64,000 bases of DNA from Pelomyxa schiedti (lineage: Eukaryota; Protista; Evosea). This document shows, piece by piece, positions 24,678 through 40,105 of this stretch. Location of the stretch: the NCBI GenBank assembly GCA_020536535.1, contig JAHLWZ010000663.1:45912-109911 (forward strand). The letters are read 5' to 3'. Under the pieces are notes generated by a model that was given only the letters and a program-made list of their open reading frames with translations, had not been told where the DNA came from and did no database searches. The translations under genes and the position numbers were made by a program. Numbering within the stretch: position 1 is the stretch's first letter; every line of letters begins with the position of its first letter.

Positions 24678-25817
24678 ATGCTTGTCTACCAAAGAAACAC
24701 AAATGTCGTCGGCCTCCCACAAGGAAACACCAGGCGGGCATCGATTGTGGGTCGCATTCGAGCTCGGGACCAGTTCGTCGCCCTGGCGGCTGGCGCCCTC
24801 GTCGAGAGGTGCGGGCGAAACAGCCCTGTCAGGGGCGCGTTGCCTCAGTCCTTCTGGTGTGAGTTTGGCAGGTCTTGGGTGCTGTCTGTGGCCAGGCAAT
24901 TCGGCACGATTCTGGAGTTGGAACTCCCGGGAGATCGCGGAGCAACCCACAGGGTCAATGTCTGGGTGGATGTGTCGCCAACAGGAGGCACGTTGGCGTG
25001 CGGGTGCTGCGATTACCGGAGGGAGTCGTACTCCAGCTACGGCGCCATTGTGGGATGCATTGGCGGGGGAATGCACGTGACCAAGTGGGACTGGCGCACA
25101 ATCCGAGTCGTCGACGGCGAGATGCGGACTGTCATGTCTCATTCGTGGCCTGAAAAGAGTGTATCTTCCATAATCGCGTGCAGCAATCGCTGGATCGTGG
25201 TTGTTGTGACTGATTGCGGGGATGAGAATCAAATCATGGAGGTGTGGAGGGTGGGAATGAATGGCAAACCGGTGGGGGATTCGGATTCTGTCAGAGTCAT
25301 TCCAAGGCTGGCTCGCAGCTTCCTGTGGGGACGGCACTGCTGTTTGCAGGGTGACACTTTGGTTGTTGTGGGCTCCCGTGAAGTTTGGTTCATTGACTTG
25401 GTCAGGTCAACCCACGAGAACGCACTGGCGATTTCCAGGAAACAGCAGTTTCCTCCCAGCGTCGAAATCATTTTGAGCAATCCCATAACCACCACACAGC
25501 CGGAAAAAGACGACGACGACTATGTCAGGCTGACCAGTGGCGGCGTCTCTGCCGTTTTCAACAGATGCTGGGAAATAAGTTACATCGCCGAGGACCTGAT
25601 CTGCACCCACGTCGATTTTCCCATGAAGATTAACCGCTACTACCAGCTTCCAAACTTGGCGAAGCCTGTGCTCTCGGTTCCCTGTGGTGATATTATTGAA
25701 ACAGTACCAAAAGAACCAAGGCCCGGCGTAGTCGCTGTTATATCTGGTGATGACCCCTCACGGATATCAATCATTGATGTGGCCTCTGCTTCTGTGCTTG
25801 CTTTTGTCTCTATTTAG
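24678..25817 (+). CDS. Intronless hypothetical protein (ARDQFVALA-type N-terminal motif, beta-rich C-terminal region)
   Basis: Single ORF of about 380 aa, more GC-rich than neighbouring genes, with no introns needed. Confidence 0.65.
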   Translation: MLVYQRNTNVVGLPQGNTRRASIVGRIRARDQFVALAAGALVERCGRNSPVRGALPQSFWCEFGRSWVLSVARQFGTILELELPGDRGATHRVNVWVDVSPTGGTLACGCCDYRRESYSSYGAIVGCIGGGMHVTKWDWRTIRVVDGEMRTVMSHSWPEKSVSSIIACSNRWIVVVVTDCGDENQIMEVWRVGMNGKPVGDSDSVRVIPRLARSFLWGRHCCLQGDTLVVVGSREVWFIDLVRSTHENALAISRKQQFPPSVEIILSNPITTTQPEKDDDDYVRLTSGGVSAVFNRCWEISYIAEDLICTHVDFPMKINRYYQLPNLAKPVLSVPCGDIIETVPKEPRPGVVAVISGDDPSRISIIDVASASVLAFVSI

Positions 25818-25962
25818 AGGTAGGTTTCTTTTAGTTGACGTGCGCCAAGTGGGAAGGAGGATAAAATAAACGCTAGACACGGCGGCACTTTAGGCAGTGT
25901 ACCAAATAGAGGAATTTTGTATGTATTATAAAAACAACAGTTAGTATGTGCATCGGAATATT

Positions 25963-28513
<2,551 letters not shown>

Positions 28514-28853
28514 GTCAAACACCTTTGGCCGTAAAAAGTGATGATGGGAGTGTCTCAAGGCGAAATGTCTCGTGGGAAGTCCGTGGATTTTTTTTTCCCG
28601 TGTCTTCGTTCGTTCAGTAATTTCACTCTAGCTGAATCTGATCTCTTCCCATCAAATCCAGATTCTGGGACACTCTACCACAACAGAGCTCTCAACATAA
28701 AAAAGAAGAAAGGAGCTCTGTGAGAACACTCTGAGAGTGTGCCCAGCTCTGTTCGCGGATTCAAATCAACTTTCCTTTCGTTCTATCGGATAGAAACACA
28801 ATACGAAGTGGGAGACGTTTGTCGTTTGGTGCACAAAGGGAAATAGCTAAGGA

Positions 28854-31800
28854 ATGAGTGGTCCACCTCAGACACCACCAATCTCAGTCTCCAGGCCCTT
28901 GCCCCCTCCTCAAGTGCACACAAACACCCCCAAGTACCCGCCATTACCAGGCCCAACGAATCCCATAACTGCAGACAGACTGTCTCCCCAAGCAGCGGTG
29001 CCGCCAACCGCTACGCCCGTCGTTTTGCCGGGCACCGCGGCGACAGCACCTGCCTCCCCGACCGAAGGGATTATGGGAGGGACTGGAGATGCAGTTTTGG
29101 ACGACGCGTATTTTTGCTATGGAGCCGGGGGTCTCGGAATGGACGACGACCCTTATTCCGTTTCAGCCTACGGGTCGCCGGTTCAACTCCCGCCGGCTCC
29201 AGAGGTACAAACTGGCACCGTGGAATGCCATGCACCCACACACACCACAAACACGCCGGCAGCTTCTACTTCCCCTTTGCATTCTCCTCCCACAATTACA
29301 ACTAACAGCACTACTACCACTACAACAACAAACAACACCACCACATGCCCAAGTAAAGAACCCGCTATTGTCGGCGGGGTTCTTCACGTGAATCCTCCCC
29401 CTACATCCACTGCACCCCACAACAACACACAAGCACAGCCCGCACACGTGACGCCGGGCTCGGTCAGCCCCCCAGTCTCGCCGCCGGTCAACAGGCAACA
29501 GCTTCCAACCCACCAAACTTCCACGCCATCGAACACGAGGTCCCCGCCTCCACCGCAGGCGCGACCGGCAGTGGCCCCTCCTACGCAATCGCAACCACAA
29601 TCACCCACACAACCACAATCACAGCCGCAGCAAACTGTAAGACTACAACACCCCCCACCAATTCTACCCCAACTGCATCAAAGTGGGGCTTTGGCAGAGC
29701 AGCCCGCATCGACTGTCACTTCACAGCTTCCTAATACAACATCTAGTGCTGTATCTACAGAGTCACCAAGTGCGCCGGACACTCATCAAGTGCCCCCAGC
29801 TCCTGCCCCACCTCCCCTTAATTGGAAGCAAAGGTTATTCCTCACAAGAAACGTATATCATTAATTGTTTCAGTTTTGATAAAGGTGCCGCATCGCCTGT
29901 TTTATCACGTAGTTTGATTGGAAGAAGAGCACCACTCAACACTGTAACGATAACCCTACCCGCCACTCAATGTGATGAAAGTCATGTATCCAAAAATGTG
30001 CAGCCTCCAACAGCTGAAAAGGAGGTTTCCCCTCGACCAGCCAATACGGCATCAACAGCGGCTGTTACCACATCAACAACTTCAACTGCAAACGAGCATC
30101 CGGCATCAGTTGTAGTCGTTCTTTCTGCCTCTATAACTTCAAGTGAAACAACAGTAAAATCAGTGCCAGAAAGTACCTCTGCAAGTGCGATACCAACAAC
30201 GGTAGATGACTCAGACGAAAATCGTCGTATATTCACACCCTGTTTTTTTTGGTTTTTGGTGGGTGAGTTCAATGTCTCACAAAAGAAAAGCCCCAACTGC
30301 TGAAGAAATTGCAAAACTTGCTAGAATGAGAGCTGCATGCATTCGAGAAATTGTTACTACTGAGCAAACTTACCTGGATGATCTCAGAATTCTAGAAGAG
30401 GTTAACCTTCACCCCTTGCATGAATGTAAAATATCAGTTAGGTTTTCCTTATTCCCTTGAAATCAAGTCAAGTATTGCGTGAGGACGAAATCAATAAACT
30501 TTTTAGCAATTTTGAAATGTTGCTACCCATTCACAAAGAGGTTCTCGACAAGTTATGGGATAATACGGCAACAAATAATGGCGAATATGTTGGAGATATT
30601 TTTAAATCTATGGTTTTCCCTCCCTCTTGCCTCTCTATCTAACCTTCTTCCAGAGTCAGTATTTTAAGGTGCCCCATTTTAGCAGAATCTGATACTCAAT
30701 CTTAAGACATCTTAGATGTATACTACCTATTGTGCCAATCACGACCAAGCTCTTCTGTTGTATGACGAACTAAAAACAAACTCTGAATGGATGAAATTTC
30801 TTTCCAAGTGCCATGATGACAAGCGAGCCAAGGGCGTTCAACTGATAGGTTATATCATTAAGCCAGTTCAGAGAATATGCAAAGTTAAACTACTTTAATC
30901 ATCAAAACACTGATGTGAACACAGTACCCTTTGTTCTTCCGAGAATTAATCAAAGATACTCCCCCAGAACACCCAGATTACCCAGCACTTCTTCAGGCAC
31001 AACATCAAATCGAAGAAGTTGTTAAGTATATCAATGAAGGTAATAACCCCTCTCAATGTTAGAATTTAATCTGTACTTCCCCCTTTTCAGGCAAACGAGT
31101 ATTTGAAATGCAACAAAAAATAATGGAAATCAATAACAGTATTGAAGACTGGGAAGGCCAGGTTTGAATTAACCCACAACGCATGGGCACCATACTTCTC
31201 CCTGCTAAGAGCGCCTCTCAAAAAGGAACTGATCACCCCCACACGACGATATGTGACTGACCAGAAGATTCGGGGAATTGACAGAAGGAATGGAAAAGAG
31301 CATGAATATAAAATTTTTGTATGGCACATTGGCTCCCATAAACAACTAAATCCTCAAGGTTTTCACGGACCTTGTTGTTGTGGCAAAAATTCCAACTGGG
31401 AAAATTGAAACAACCATGCACCATAAACTTGTTTTGAAGGGTTACTTGCCAATGACACAGTGCCGAATTACTAACATCATTGACTCTGAAGGCAATTGAA
31501 AGAACAAATATGGTTCTTCATTTCTAACCTCTAAAAAAAGATGCACCTCCTCACGGGTTTCAATTGACACGACTTGATATCATGGATGAAAGAAAGCAAC
31601 CAAGATTCATTTTCTATGCTTCTTGTGGTGCAGAAAAGCAACTTCTCTTGCGGCAGATTCATGGATGGATTGTGGATACAAAAAAGAAATTCTGTCAGAC
31701 ACATAAACGTACCCCAACGAGTGTAATATTCCCCGGTGCACCGAATCTGGAGACTGTCAGTGACGATTCTATCATTACCAACACACCTCCAAGAAGAGAA

Positions 31801-32796
31801 AGTGATCCCATACCCTCTGCTACGCATTCAACACCGAATCGCGCTGCGGAAACAAATTCCAGTGCACAACATCCAGCCAACAGTACATGTACAACAACCA
31901 CCGCATCAGCAACACCAAAAGAAACACTTTCACTGGAGGATATATTCACCCCCGAATTCTTTAAGCCGCCGGGCAATTCCACACACCCGCCACCCTCCCA
32001 ATCAAATGCAGCGGCTACCTCTTCAGCCACCACATCCCCTTCTGCCTCAGCGACCTCAGCATCGCCTCTCACCCCCACACCCACACCAACCCCCACCGCT
32101 CCCACTCCCACTCCCACACCTGCTACCCCCACCGCGCCCACGACTACTCCCGCTCCGGCACCCACCCCTTCACCAAATCCCAGCGACCCAAAGGTAGCCC
32201 CGCCGAGTCCTGCGCAACTACAGCCACAACCACAGGCTACCCCCACAACACCTAACGCTCTCCCCCCAGCAACGGTACTCGCTCCCCCAGCCACCGCACC
32301 ACCCGCACCCCTGCTGCCGCCCCAGCCCCAGCCCCAGTCCCAACCACAAATGCCCCCGCCGCCCCCTTCGCTGCCTCCACCACAGCCTGCAGCAGCAGCA
32401 GCAACAGCGTCAGGAGTAGGCACCCCAGCGGCTGTCACCCCTGCATCACAGCCACCAACACAGCCACGGCCACAGCCACAACCACAACCAACAGCACAAC
32501 CGCCTGTAAAGCCTACATCCCTTCCTCTTCCAACCCCCAGCACCCCGCCGCCGGTAAGCCCCCCGCCTCCCGCGGCCACTCCTGTATCCACACCACCACC
32601 ACCACCACCACCACTACCACCAGCAAGCACCAGTCCGAGCAGCACTGGCACATCACATATCAGCATGCCGCTGACTTTCGACTTTAGCTTCAAGCCTCCT
32701 CCCAATGGCAGCAGCAACAACAACAACAACAATCCGCAACTTCCTGCATCTTCTATTCCACCGCCTTCGATCGATATTCCGCCCCCCTCTTTCTAG
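28854..32796 (+). CDS. RhoGEF (DH-PH) with Pro/Thr-rich N- and C-terminal regions; multi-exon
   Basis: RAACIREIVTTEQTYLDDLRIL, YTTYCANH, IIKPVQRICK/YPLFFRELIKDTPPEHPDY, then PH-domain exons. Confidence 0.9.
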
Positions 32797-33067
32797 GTCA
32801 CACACGTGTACCCACGCATCCCTCACTCTCGGGTCCCTCTTGTGTGTTGTTGAAATTACCAAGGAAAAGTCCGGGATCAAGTTGTCCCTTGCTTAAAAAA
32901 GCAGGAATATTTGAAATTAGTTGATTATGGCACTTCAACTAAACCGAACTCCCATACAAAGTGAATGTGGAAAAAAATCTCATCTACCGGAGCAGAAAAG
33001 AAGAAAAACCAAGCAGCAGCACTTCAACAAACAAATAATAAATCTTTTTATTTGCTGTTATTTTGTG

Positions 33068-35728
33068 ATGATCAACACTCGGCAGCAACAACAACAACAA
33101 GCGGCGCCCCTGCCACCGCACACGCCACCGCACGCGATGACGTCATCTGCAACTGCACCCTTTGGTCGCATGGGCGGCGGTGCGGTCAGCCTGAACGCCA
33201 TCAACATCAACGGGGGGCCGCCGTCAATCTCGTCGGTCGGTGGTGCAAATGGAGGCGTTGTGGGAGGGGGCATGTCTCCCCTGAGTGGCGTGGGTTCGAA
33301 CCCGGGCGGAGGCGGCACTTTGAATTCGCGGCTGGCCGCTGCAAATGAACAAACATGGCTCAAATTAGGTCACTTTTGGTGCCACTTGAATATTGCTTAT
33401 TTTCCCTATTGGGGTGGCCAATAATAACAACAATAATAAAATCCATCTGCAGCCCTTCTGTATTGAGATATTTAAGTCTAACCATTTCAAAGGCACAATG
33501 AATGAAGCTTTGAATGAAACTGACAGGGCAATGGAGTGCTATGAAAACGTATTGAAGCATAACTCAAGGAATACGAAGGCTCTGGCTTATATTGCATTCA
33601 TTTTTAGACAAAGGGAACAGTACCCAAAAGTGAGGGCCCCCGACAATTCTCCAATATCATAATTTCCTTGACTTAGGCGGCTGAGTACTTCCAGCGTATT
33701 CTTAACATTGATATCACAAATGGAGAGATTTGGGGCGCCCTTGGACATGTGCACCTTCTTCAGGATGAACTACAAAAGGCCTATGCTGCTTATCAACAAG
33801 CTTTGTACCACCTTGCAAACCCCAAGGTACAATAATTCCCAGAAGGAATCTCCTTTTTCATTTTTTTAAGGATCCGAACCTTTGGTATGGAATTGGCATC
33901 TTATATGAAAGATTTGGTTCAAATGAGCATGCTGAGGAAGCTTTCATGGCCGTGCTCAAAATGGACCCAGAATTCGAAAAAGCATCCGAAATTCACTACA
34001 GACTTGGAATGTTGTACAAACAGCAACCCACGAAACTAGCACAAGCACTTGAGGTTGTAGTCTATTTTTAACTGTACTCCTCCTAACACCCCTAGTCATT
34101 CCAACAAGTATGTACTAAACCACCACACCCCTTGTCAAAAGTGGATATTTGGACACATATTGGAAATGTATATGAGCTCCAGAAAGAGGCATTCCGCATC
34201 TATTCGCCAATTGTTGCTAACTTATAGCCAGTTTGAAATGGCCAAGGATTCCTACGAGCATGCCCTTAAGGAGAACCCGAGCTCTCCAAAACAGATACAA
34301 CAGCTTATGGTACTGCTTGGCTGGCTAAATCACTACGCCTTCAGTAAGACCGATGAAGCCATCGACTTGCTAACCAAAGCAACCCAGCAAGGTAAACCCC
34401 TGGCACAGTGCCATACAATCCAAGTGTTAACAGTGCACCACAGAATCGAATGATTCACAGTCTTCTGGTCAGGCGTACTACCTTCTTGGTAGATGCCATA
34501 TGTCTCAAATGAAATATCGGAAAGCTTATCAAGCGTATCAACAAGCTGTGTATGCGCAAAACCGTTAAAAACCAACGGTACACTCAAATCCTGTAGGTAT
34601 CAAGATGCCAAAAGCCCTTCCTATTGGTGCTCAATTGGAATTCTCTATTACAGGATTTCTCAAGTATTCGACCACTCCCTAAGATACTGACTGACTCTTT
34701 AAGTACCGAGATGCACTTGATGCCTACACTAAGTCTATCAAGCTTGGGCCCGCATTGAGTGAAGTGTGGTACAATCTCTGTACATTGTATGAGGCCTGTA
34801 ACCAGGTAACATTTACTTCTTTTTCTTCGCGGTTTAATTTCTGCCTTCAGATACCTGATGCTATTGATGCGTGCAGAAGAGCAGCTGAGATAGACCCAAA
34901 TTCCAAGCACATTCACCAACGACTTGCAATGTTGAAGAGCGGGTTTGTAAACCTTTTGTAGCCACTTGATTAATGCCTACTTCGTAACACCTCTTAGAGA
35001 AAAAAGGGAGTCACTTGAAGAAAATAATAAACCACCCCTCGTCATAGAACCTGTATTTAATATCTGTTGTGCTCATAACGCATCCACAAAGAGTGTAACC
35101 AGAACAACCTCTTCAACAAATTCTACAACTACCACTTCCACAAACGCTAGTTCCGCTAGTGCGAATGCCACTGGCGGCATTCCTAGCACACCCACCAACT
35201 CATCTTCTGCCACATCCACTTCAGCTTCGTTTTCTCTAAAAAGGTACCTCTTAGAAAGTGCATATTACTCCTAACAAATACTACTGTAGAGATGAAGAAG
35301 AAAACATAGACATAACGGAAACCAAAGGTGTGAAGTTAATTCTCCATTCCATGGAATATTAACCGACAATTTCAGCTTTGCACCCAGTGGAAGTACCCGA
35401 GCTGCCAGCAAGTGAACATACCACAAACGAGGAGACAGCACCCTCCCCGTCAACAATTCCCAATCACCAACAACAACAACAAAATGCCAACTCACCACCA
35501 CCTCCACAGATACTCCCCGGAAACACACCACCGGGGACACTAAGCAACAACAGCAACGGCAATAACAGCCAACAATCCCAACAACCAATACCCCCAATCA
35601 CAACAACAAACCCCACAACAACAACAACAACAACAGGAAACTCACCGGATGACCTTTCTAGGAAAAGACAACATCACGGCACCGCCAAACACACATCGAA
35701 ACGTTCCAAAGTGCAAGGAGACCTCTGA
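33068..35728 (+). CDS. CYC8: Ssn6/Cyc8 (TrfA-like) TPR transcriptional co-repressor; multi-exon
   Basis: LAAANEQTWLKLG, NGEIWGALGH...LQKAYAAYQQALYHLANPK/DPNLWYGIGILYERFGS, YWCSIGILYY, SEVWYNL. The start could instead be 33137. Confidence 0.88.
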
Positions 35729-35936
35729 AGGGAACGTTCCCAAAAGCAACCAAATTGAATCATCAAATCATTTCATAGAAACCGTAAAAAAACAACAAAG
35801 ACAGAATTCAAAAAACACTACGAATAATGGCGGCCGCCGACGATCAATACCATTAGTTTCGTTTTGTTTCGTTCCGTTCTATTTGGCTTCTTCTCTCTTT
35901 CTCTTTGGGGGGGTTTTTTTCCCTTTACTGACCACT

Positions 35937-37045
35937 ATGTCTCTCCATGAAGTAAGTTGCTGATATTGGGTAAGACAACCCTGCCAATGTTCGTTTTCCT
36001 TCTGACATTGTTCCCACAGGTGACTCTGGTGTAGGCAAAAGTAAGTTCTAAGTCTATGCATGGCATTTTTCTAATCCAAAAACGCTCAGCAAGCTTATTA
36101 TTTAGAATGGTGGTAGGTTCCTTTCCCTTCTTCCCCCCATCCATTACCACTTCTTAGGACAATCAATTCCATGAATCCCCTCCTGACTTAGGTGGGGCTG
36201 ACTATGTACTTTCACCTCGATAATCAATTTCCTGTTAATTCATACTATTCAAGCGAACGAAACAAACTACTGTGGGAACTGATAACGTTCGAATGGATAT
36301 TGTAGCGACATTTTTTTTATCATTGTTTTGTTAATATTATTTATGGACTAGTGGGACACCGCCGGGCAGGAAAGATTTAGAACAATTACGAGCTCATGTG
36401 AGTTTTAGAACTTTTTGTTTGCCAAAATAAACTTACACTGAATCACTAAAGACTACAAAAATGCACATGGCGTTGTTATTGTTTAGTATGTCCCTTCTCC
36501 TCTTTCTTGGAGCCAAAATAGAAAGAAGCTTATCATTTGTCTAGTGATGCTACTGACCCACAGTCTTTCGAAAATGTTACGCAATGGGCAACTGACATCC
36601 AACACTATGCCAGTGAAGCTATAAAAATTCTTGTGGCAACTAAAGTTGGACATTGTTTCCTAGTGACAGCAGACTAAACTCAACACCAACAAATCCACAG
36701 ACCGATTTGCCTGTCAAAGTGGAAACAGAAAAGGGGAAACAATTCGCGGATGATTGGAGCCTACCCTTCATGTACTCTCCCCACCCCCCTTTCACCTGTA
36801 TTCTTCTAATAATTGCTACTCCAGGGAAGTCAGTGCAAAGACAGGAGCTGGTGTGGATCAACTGGCTCAAACTATTTCGCAGGAGGTGCATTCCAGGTAT
36901 CTGCCACATACAACAAACATAACACTCTCATGTAGCGGGCTAATAAAAACACAGATGGGGGTCAAAGCCAAAACCGGATATAAGTTCAATTAAACTCACT
37001 ACGGACAGAAAGGTGAAAAAGGGAGAGAAGGGTTGTTGTAATTAA
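35937..37045 (+). CDS. Rab-family small GTPase (Rab1-like switch II); multi-exon
   Basis: GDSGVGKS, WDTAGQERFRTITSS/YYKNAHG, EVSAKTG, C-terminal KGCCN*. Confidence 0.85.
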
Positions 37046-37115
37046 GTATGTGTGACGAGAAATAGAAAATTTTCCTTGTTTGTTGTGCTTCTAGGGTTGT
37101 TTGGTGGAACGGTTT

Positions 37116-38971
37116 TCATTGAATCTCACTCAACCATGCTGGAATCTTCTTCTTCTTGGGTACTTTGGGTTTCTTTCCCTTCTTGGGTTTCACTAAGCCT
37201 AGCTCAACCAGTTGCTTTGCTGTCCGCCTTTGCTCTTGGTAGGCCTCTAAATCCATAAAATGAGCTATCTGGCGCTCGGCTCTATCAGAAGGGAGTACTT
37301 TCCCTGGCAAGGTTTAGTGGGGGGAAAAGGATGGCAACAATACAACCTACAGGAGACAAGTCACTTGATTGGGCCTGGAACCGTCCGGTGCGGGTGTTGA
37401 ACTGAGCCACCTGAGTGTAGGATTCAGGCCCTAGTCCTCGAGCCATAGCTAAAAAGGAATCAGGTTTGATGAAAATAGTAGGTGCATGCCTTGTGCTGTG
37501 TGGTTGGAGAAGCAAGGAAAGAAGAAAGAAAAAGAACAGAAAGGGAAGAATGGAGTGTTGTCATAAGACCCAAGTAGATTCTTCATGATTACCATCAGAA
37601 GGTACCAGGAATGAATATGAAGCAGAGAATGCATTGAATGGATAGTTTAGAGCGGAAGCTGAGGAGAAGGGTTTTCCAACATCGGCTGAAGGGAACATCT
37701 GGTTTGCTACCTATTCAAAGGTAAGCTAAAATATAGTAGGCCTAACAACCTCTTGCCGAAAGAAAATTGCGAATTCTGGAAGTTCAGAAAGAAGTTGAAA
37801 CTTCTTATCAGGTTTTGCAGGAGTGGCGGTTGCCGTTGTGGTAGCAGCTGCTGTTGAGCTGGAAGCTGATGTAGAGGTAGATGTTGATGTTGATGTAGAT
37901 GTTGAATGGGTGTCTGCTGGGGTTGTTGTCGCTTTTGCAGAAGCAGTTCCAGTGGGTGGAGGAGGGAACGTTCGAGTGATTTGTAAGTCGCCATTAAAAT
38001 ACTTAGCTCCACACCAGGAACACATTTGCTCATAGGAAAAAGGTCCATGCTCCGCATTGTCAAGATCTTTGTAGATATACTGGGGAGCAGGTGTAGGCTC
38101 TGCAATGTAGGGAATTGAGATATATTTCAGTGCGAACGTGTGAGAAGACACAAACCTTGTGCGCCGGGTTGTTCTGTTTTGGCATCTGCAGTCCGTGAAG
38201 TACTTGATGCAGGTGCTGCAGAACGGGCACCTACTGAATTAGGTTGAGAAGGAGTAGTAGAGGCTGTTGGAGTGGACGATTTTGTGGTTTCATCTTCATC
38301 ATCGCTACTGTCAGTGGTACTAGTAGCACGTTTGTTGTCTAACGGGTCCCCATTAGGATCTCGCTCTGGTTCATCCTTTGCTCTGGCTTTTTCGGCAGCT
38401 TCAACAACGGTGCTGGGAAGAACGATTGTATAAACCTCTTTAGCCGGAAACTCAGGGCGCTCTTTAGTTTGTGAGGCGAAGAAATGCAAGGAATAGTGCG
38501 CCTACCAGAAATTGGAGTGAACTCTGTTTCTCCTACAATGCGTACTTGAACTTTGGCGTCCAGATGTCCTGCCATCCACCAGTGATACTAGCAAAATAAC
38601 GTAAGAATAATGTAAGCATGTACATTTCATTACCTTCCCACATATCAAATGCAAAGTGTGGTGTTGCAACACTGTAACAAAAACTTACCAACTATGATTT
38701 TTTGCACAAGGCACATGGTGCGTGGTTGCCACTTACAACGACGTAGTGTAATTAATTAAAACAATACGACTCTTTAATAAAAAAAAGAAAAAAATGTCAC
38801 CATATGAGCGAACGAAAAAGGCCCAAAAGTAGCCCCAGCCAGATCTCGATAGTGGTAATACAAGGAACATTGCGGCAACGCACCCGCACTCGAAGTAGTG
38901 GCGGTAGATGCGGCTGACGATGTCGTTGACGTGGTTGCGGTAGTCGTTGGCGCAGCACCTGTTTTGCTCAT
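37116..38971 (-). CDS. Protein with two GYF-like domains and a basic C-terminus; multi-exon
   Basis: YHYRDLAGATFGPFSFAHM/..WWMAGHL and YIYKDLDNAEHGPFSYEQMCSWCGAKYF. The C-terminus has YTQVAQFNTRTGRFQ...DRAERQIAHFMD. Confidence 0.7.
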
Positions 38972-39205
38972 TTTTTTGTTGTTTTTATACAAAGGCGGAA
39001 ATCAATTAATCAAATGCCAGGATCTGCTTAAGAGGAACAAAATACTAAGATCCAATTCTTTTTGGCAGTATGTAATTTCTTCGTGGGCGAAACTCTCCCA
39101 GAAAATACATAAAAATAAAAAAAACAAACAAACACAACTACCTACCAACCAACACCAACAAGGCACAGAACCAAAGCTGCTGCGTGTAGCTGTTGCGTAG
39201 ATCTC

Positions 39206-40005
39206 ATGTCTGACGACATCAGAGTGGAGTTGATGGTGTTGGGCGAATTTGGTGTGGGGAAAACCTCAGTTGTGCAGTGCTTTTTGAACGACTTTAAGCC
39301 GTGCGTCGTTGGAGGAGTTGGTGGCGGTGGCGTAGAAACGGCCACGTTTGAGGACAGGGAACCGGACGGCTTCTTCAAGAGATCTTGGAAGATCGGGAAA
39401 AAAACTATCACAGTCAGAGTGAGCTTTTCCCCCTCTCTACGCATGTAGTAGTACTAACTTCCTTTAGATCTGGGATTCCACTGGAGAGGAGAAATTCTCC
39501 CACGTGACAACCTCCATTTTCAAAGTCTGCAAAGGTTGTGACTCACCCGGTTCCAGATACATTACTGAGCTGCCAAAAAACAGGAACCCTGATTGTATAC
39601 GATCTCACTGAACCAGATACTCTGCTTGGTGCCAAAGGATGGTACAATCAGCTCACCAGGTTCAGTGAGGTTGACAGTAATTCGGTGGTGTACCTGGTGG
39701 GAAATAAGAAGGACCTCCCACGCAAAGTCGTCAAAAGTGAAGCTGAAACCTTGAGTGCTAACATGCACGCAGAGCACTACGAGGTAGTCCTTCCTCACAA
39801 TATCTTTGAGTAACGAACTTCTCAGGTCTCGGCGGCCACCGGAGAAATGATCCAGGAATGCTTGGATTCCATGATTGAAACAGTCTATAAAAACCTATCT
39901 GCCGCGGCAGCCGCTACGGCAAAACACCCTCCGAGGGCGAGAGCAAAAGGACCGCGGTCCATTAAAAAAGCTGAGCCCAAGAAAGGTGGATGCCTACTGA
40001 TGTGA
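39206..40005 (+). CDS. Divergent Rab-like small GTPase with a CaaX terminus; multi-exon
   Basis: GEFGVGKTS, IWDSTGEEKF, LIVYDLT, VGNKKD, E/VSAATG, KKGGCLLM*. Confidence 0.85.
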
Positions 40006-40105
40006 CAATATTATTATCCGTGTCAATAAATATTTTTGTGAATAAAAAGAAACCCAAAATGCGTGTTTCTAATGAAACAATCATGGAATTCTTAGTAGTT
40101 TCCCT

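Noticed and set aside
24594-25337. 247-aa antisense ORF overlapping the intronless gene
   Set aside because: It has no recognisable motifs and is an expected by-product of the GC-rich sense ORF.
31695-32732. 345-aa Gly/Val-rich antisense ORF
   Set aside because: It is the shadow of the Pro/Thr-rich RhoGEF C-terminal exon. The antisense ORFs over 5895-6317 and 45019-45781 are explained the same way.
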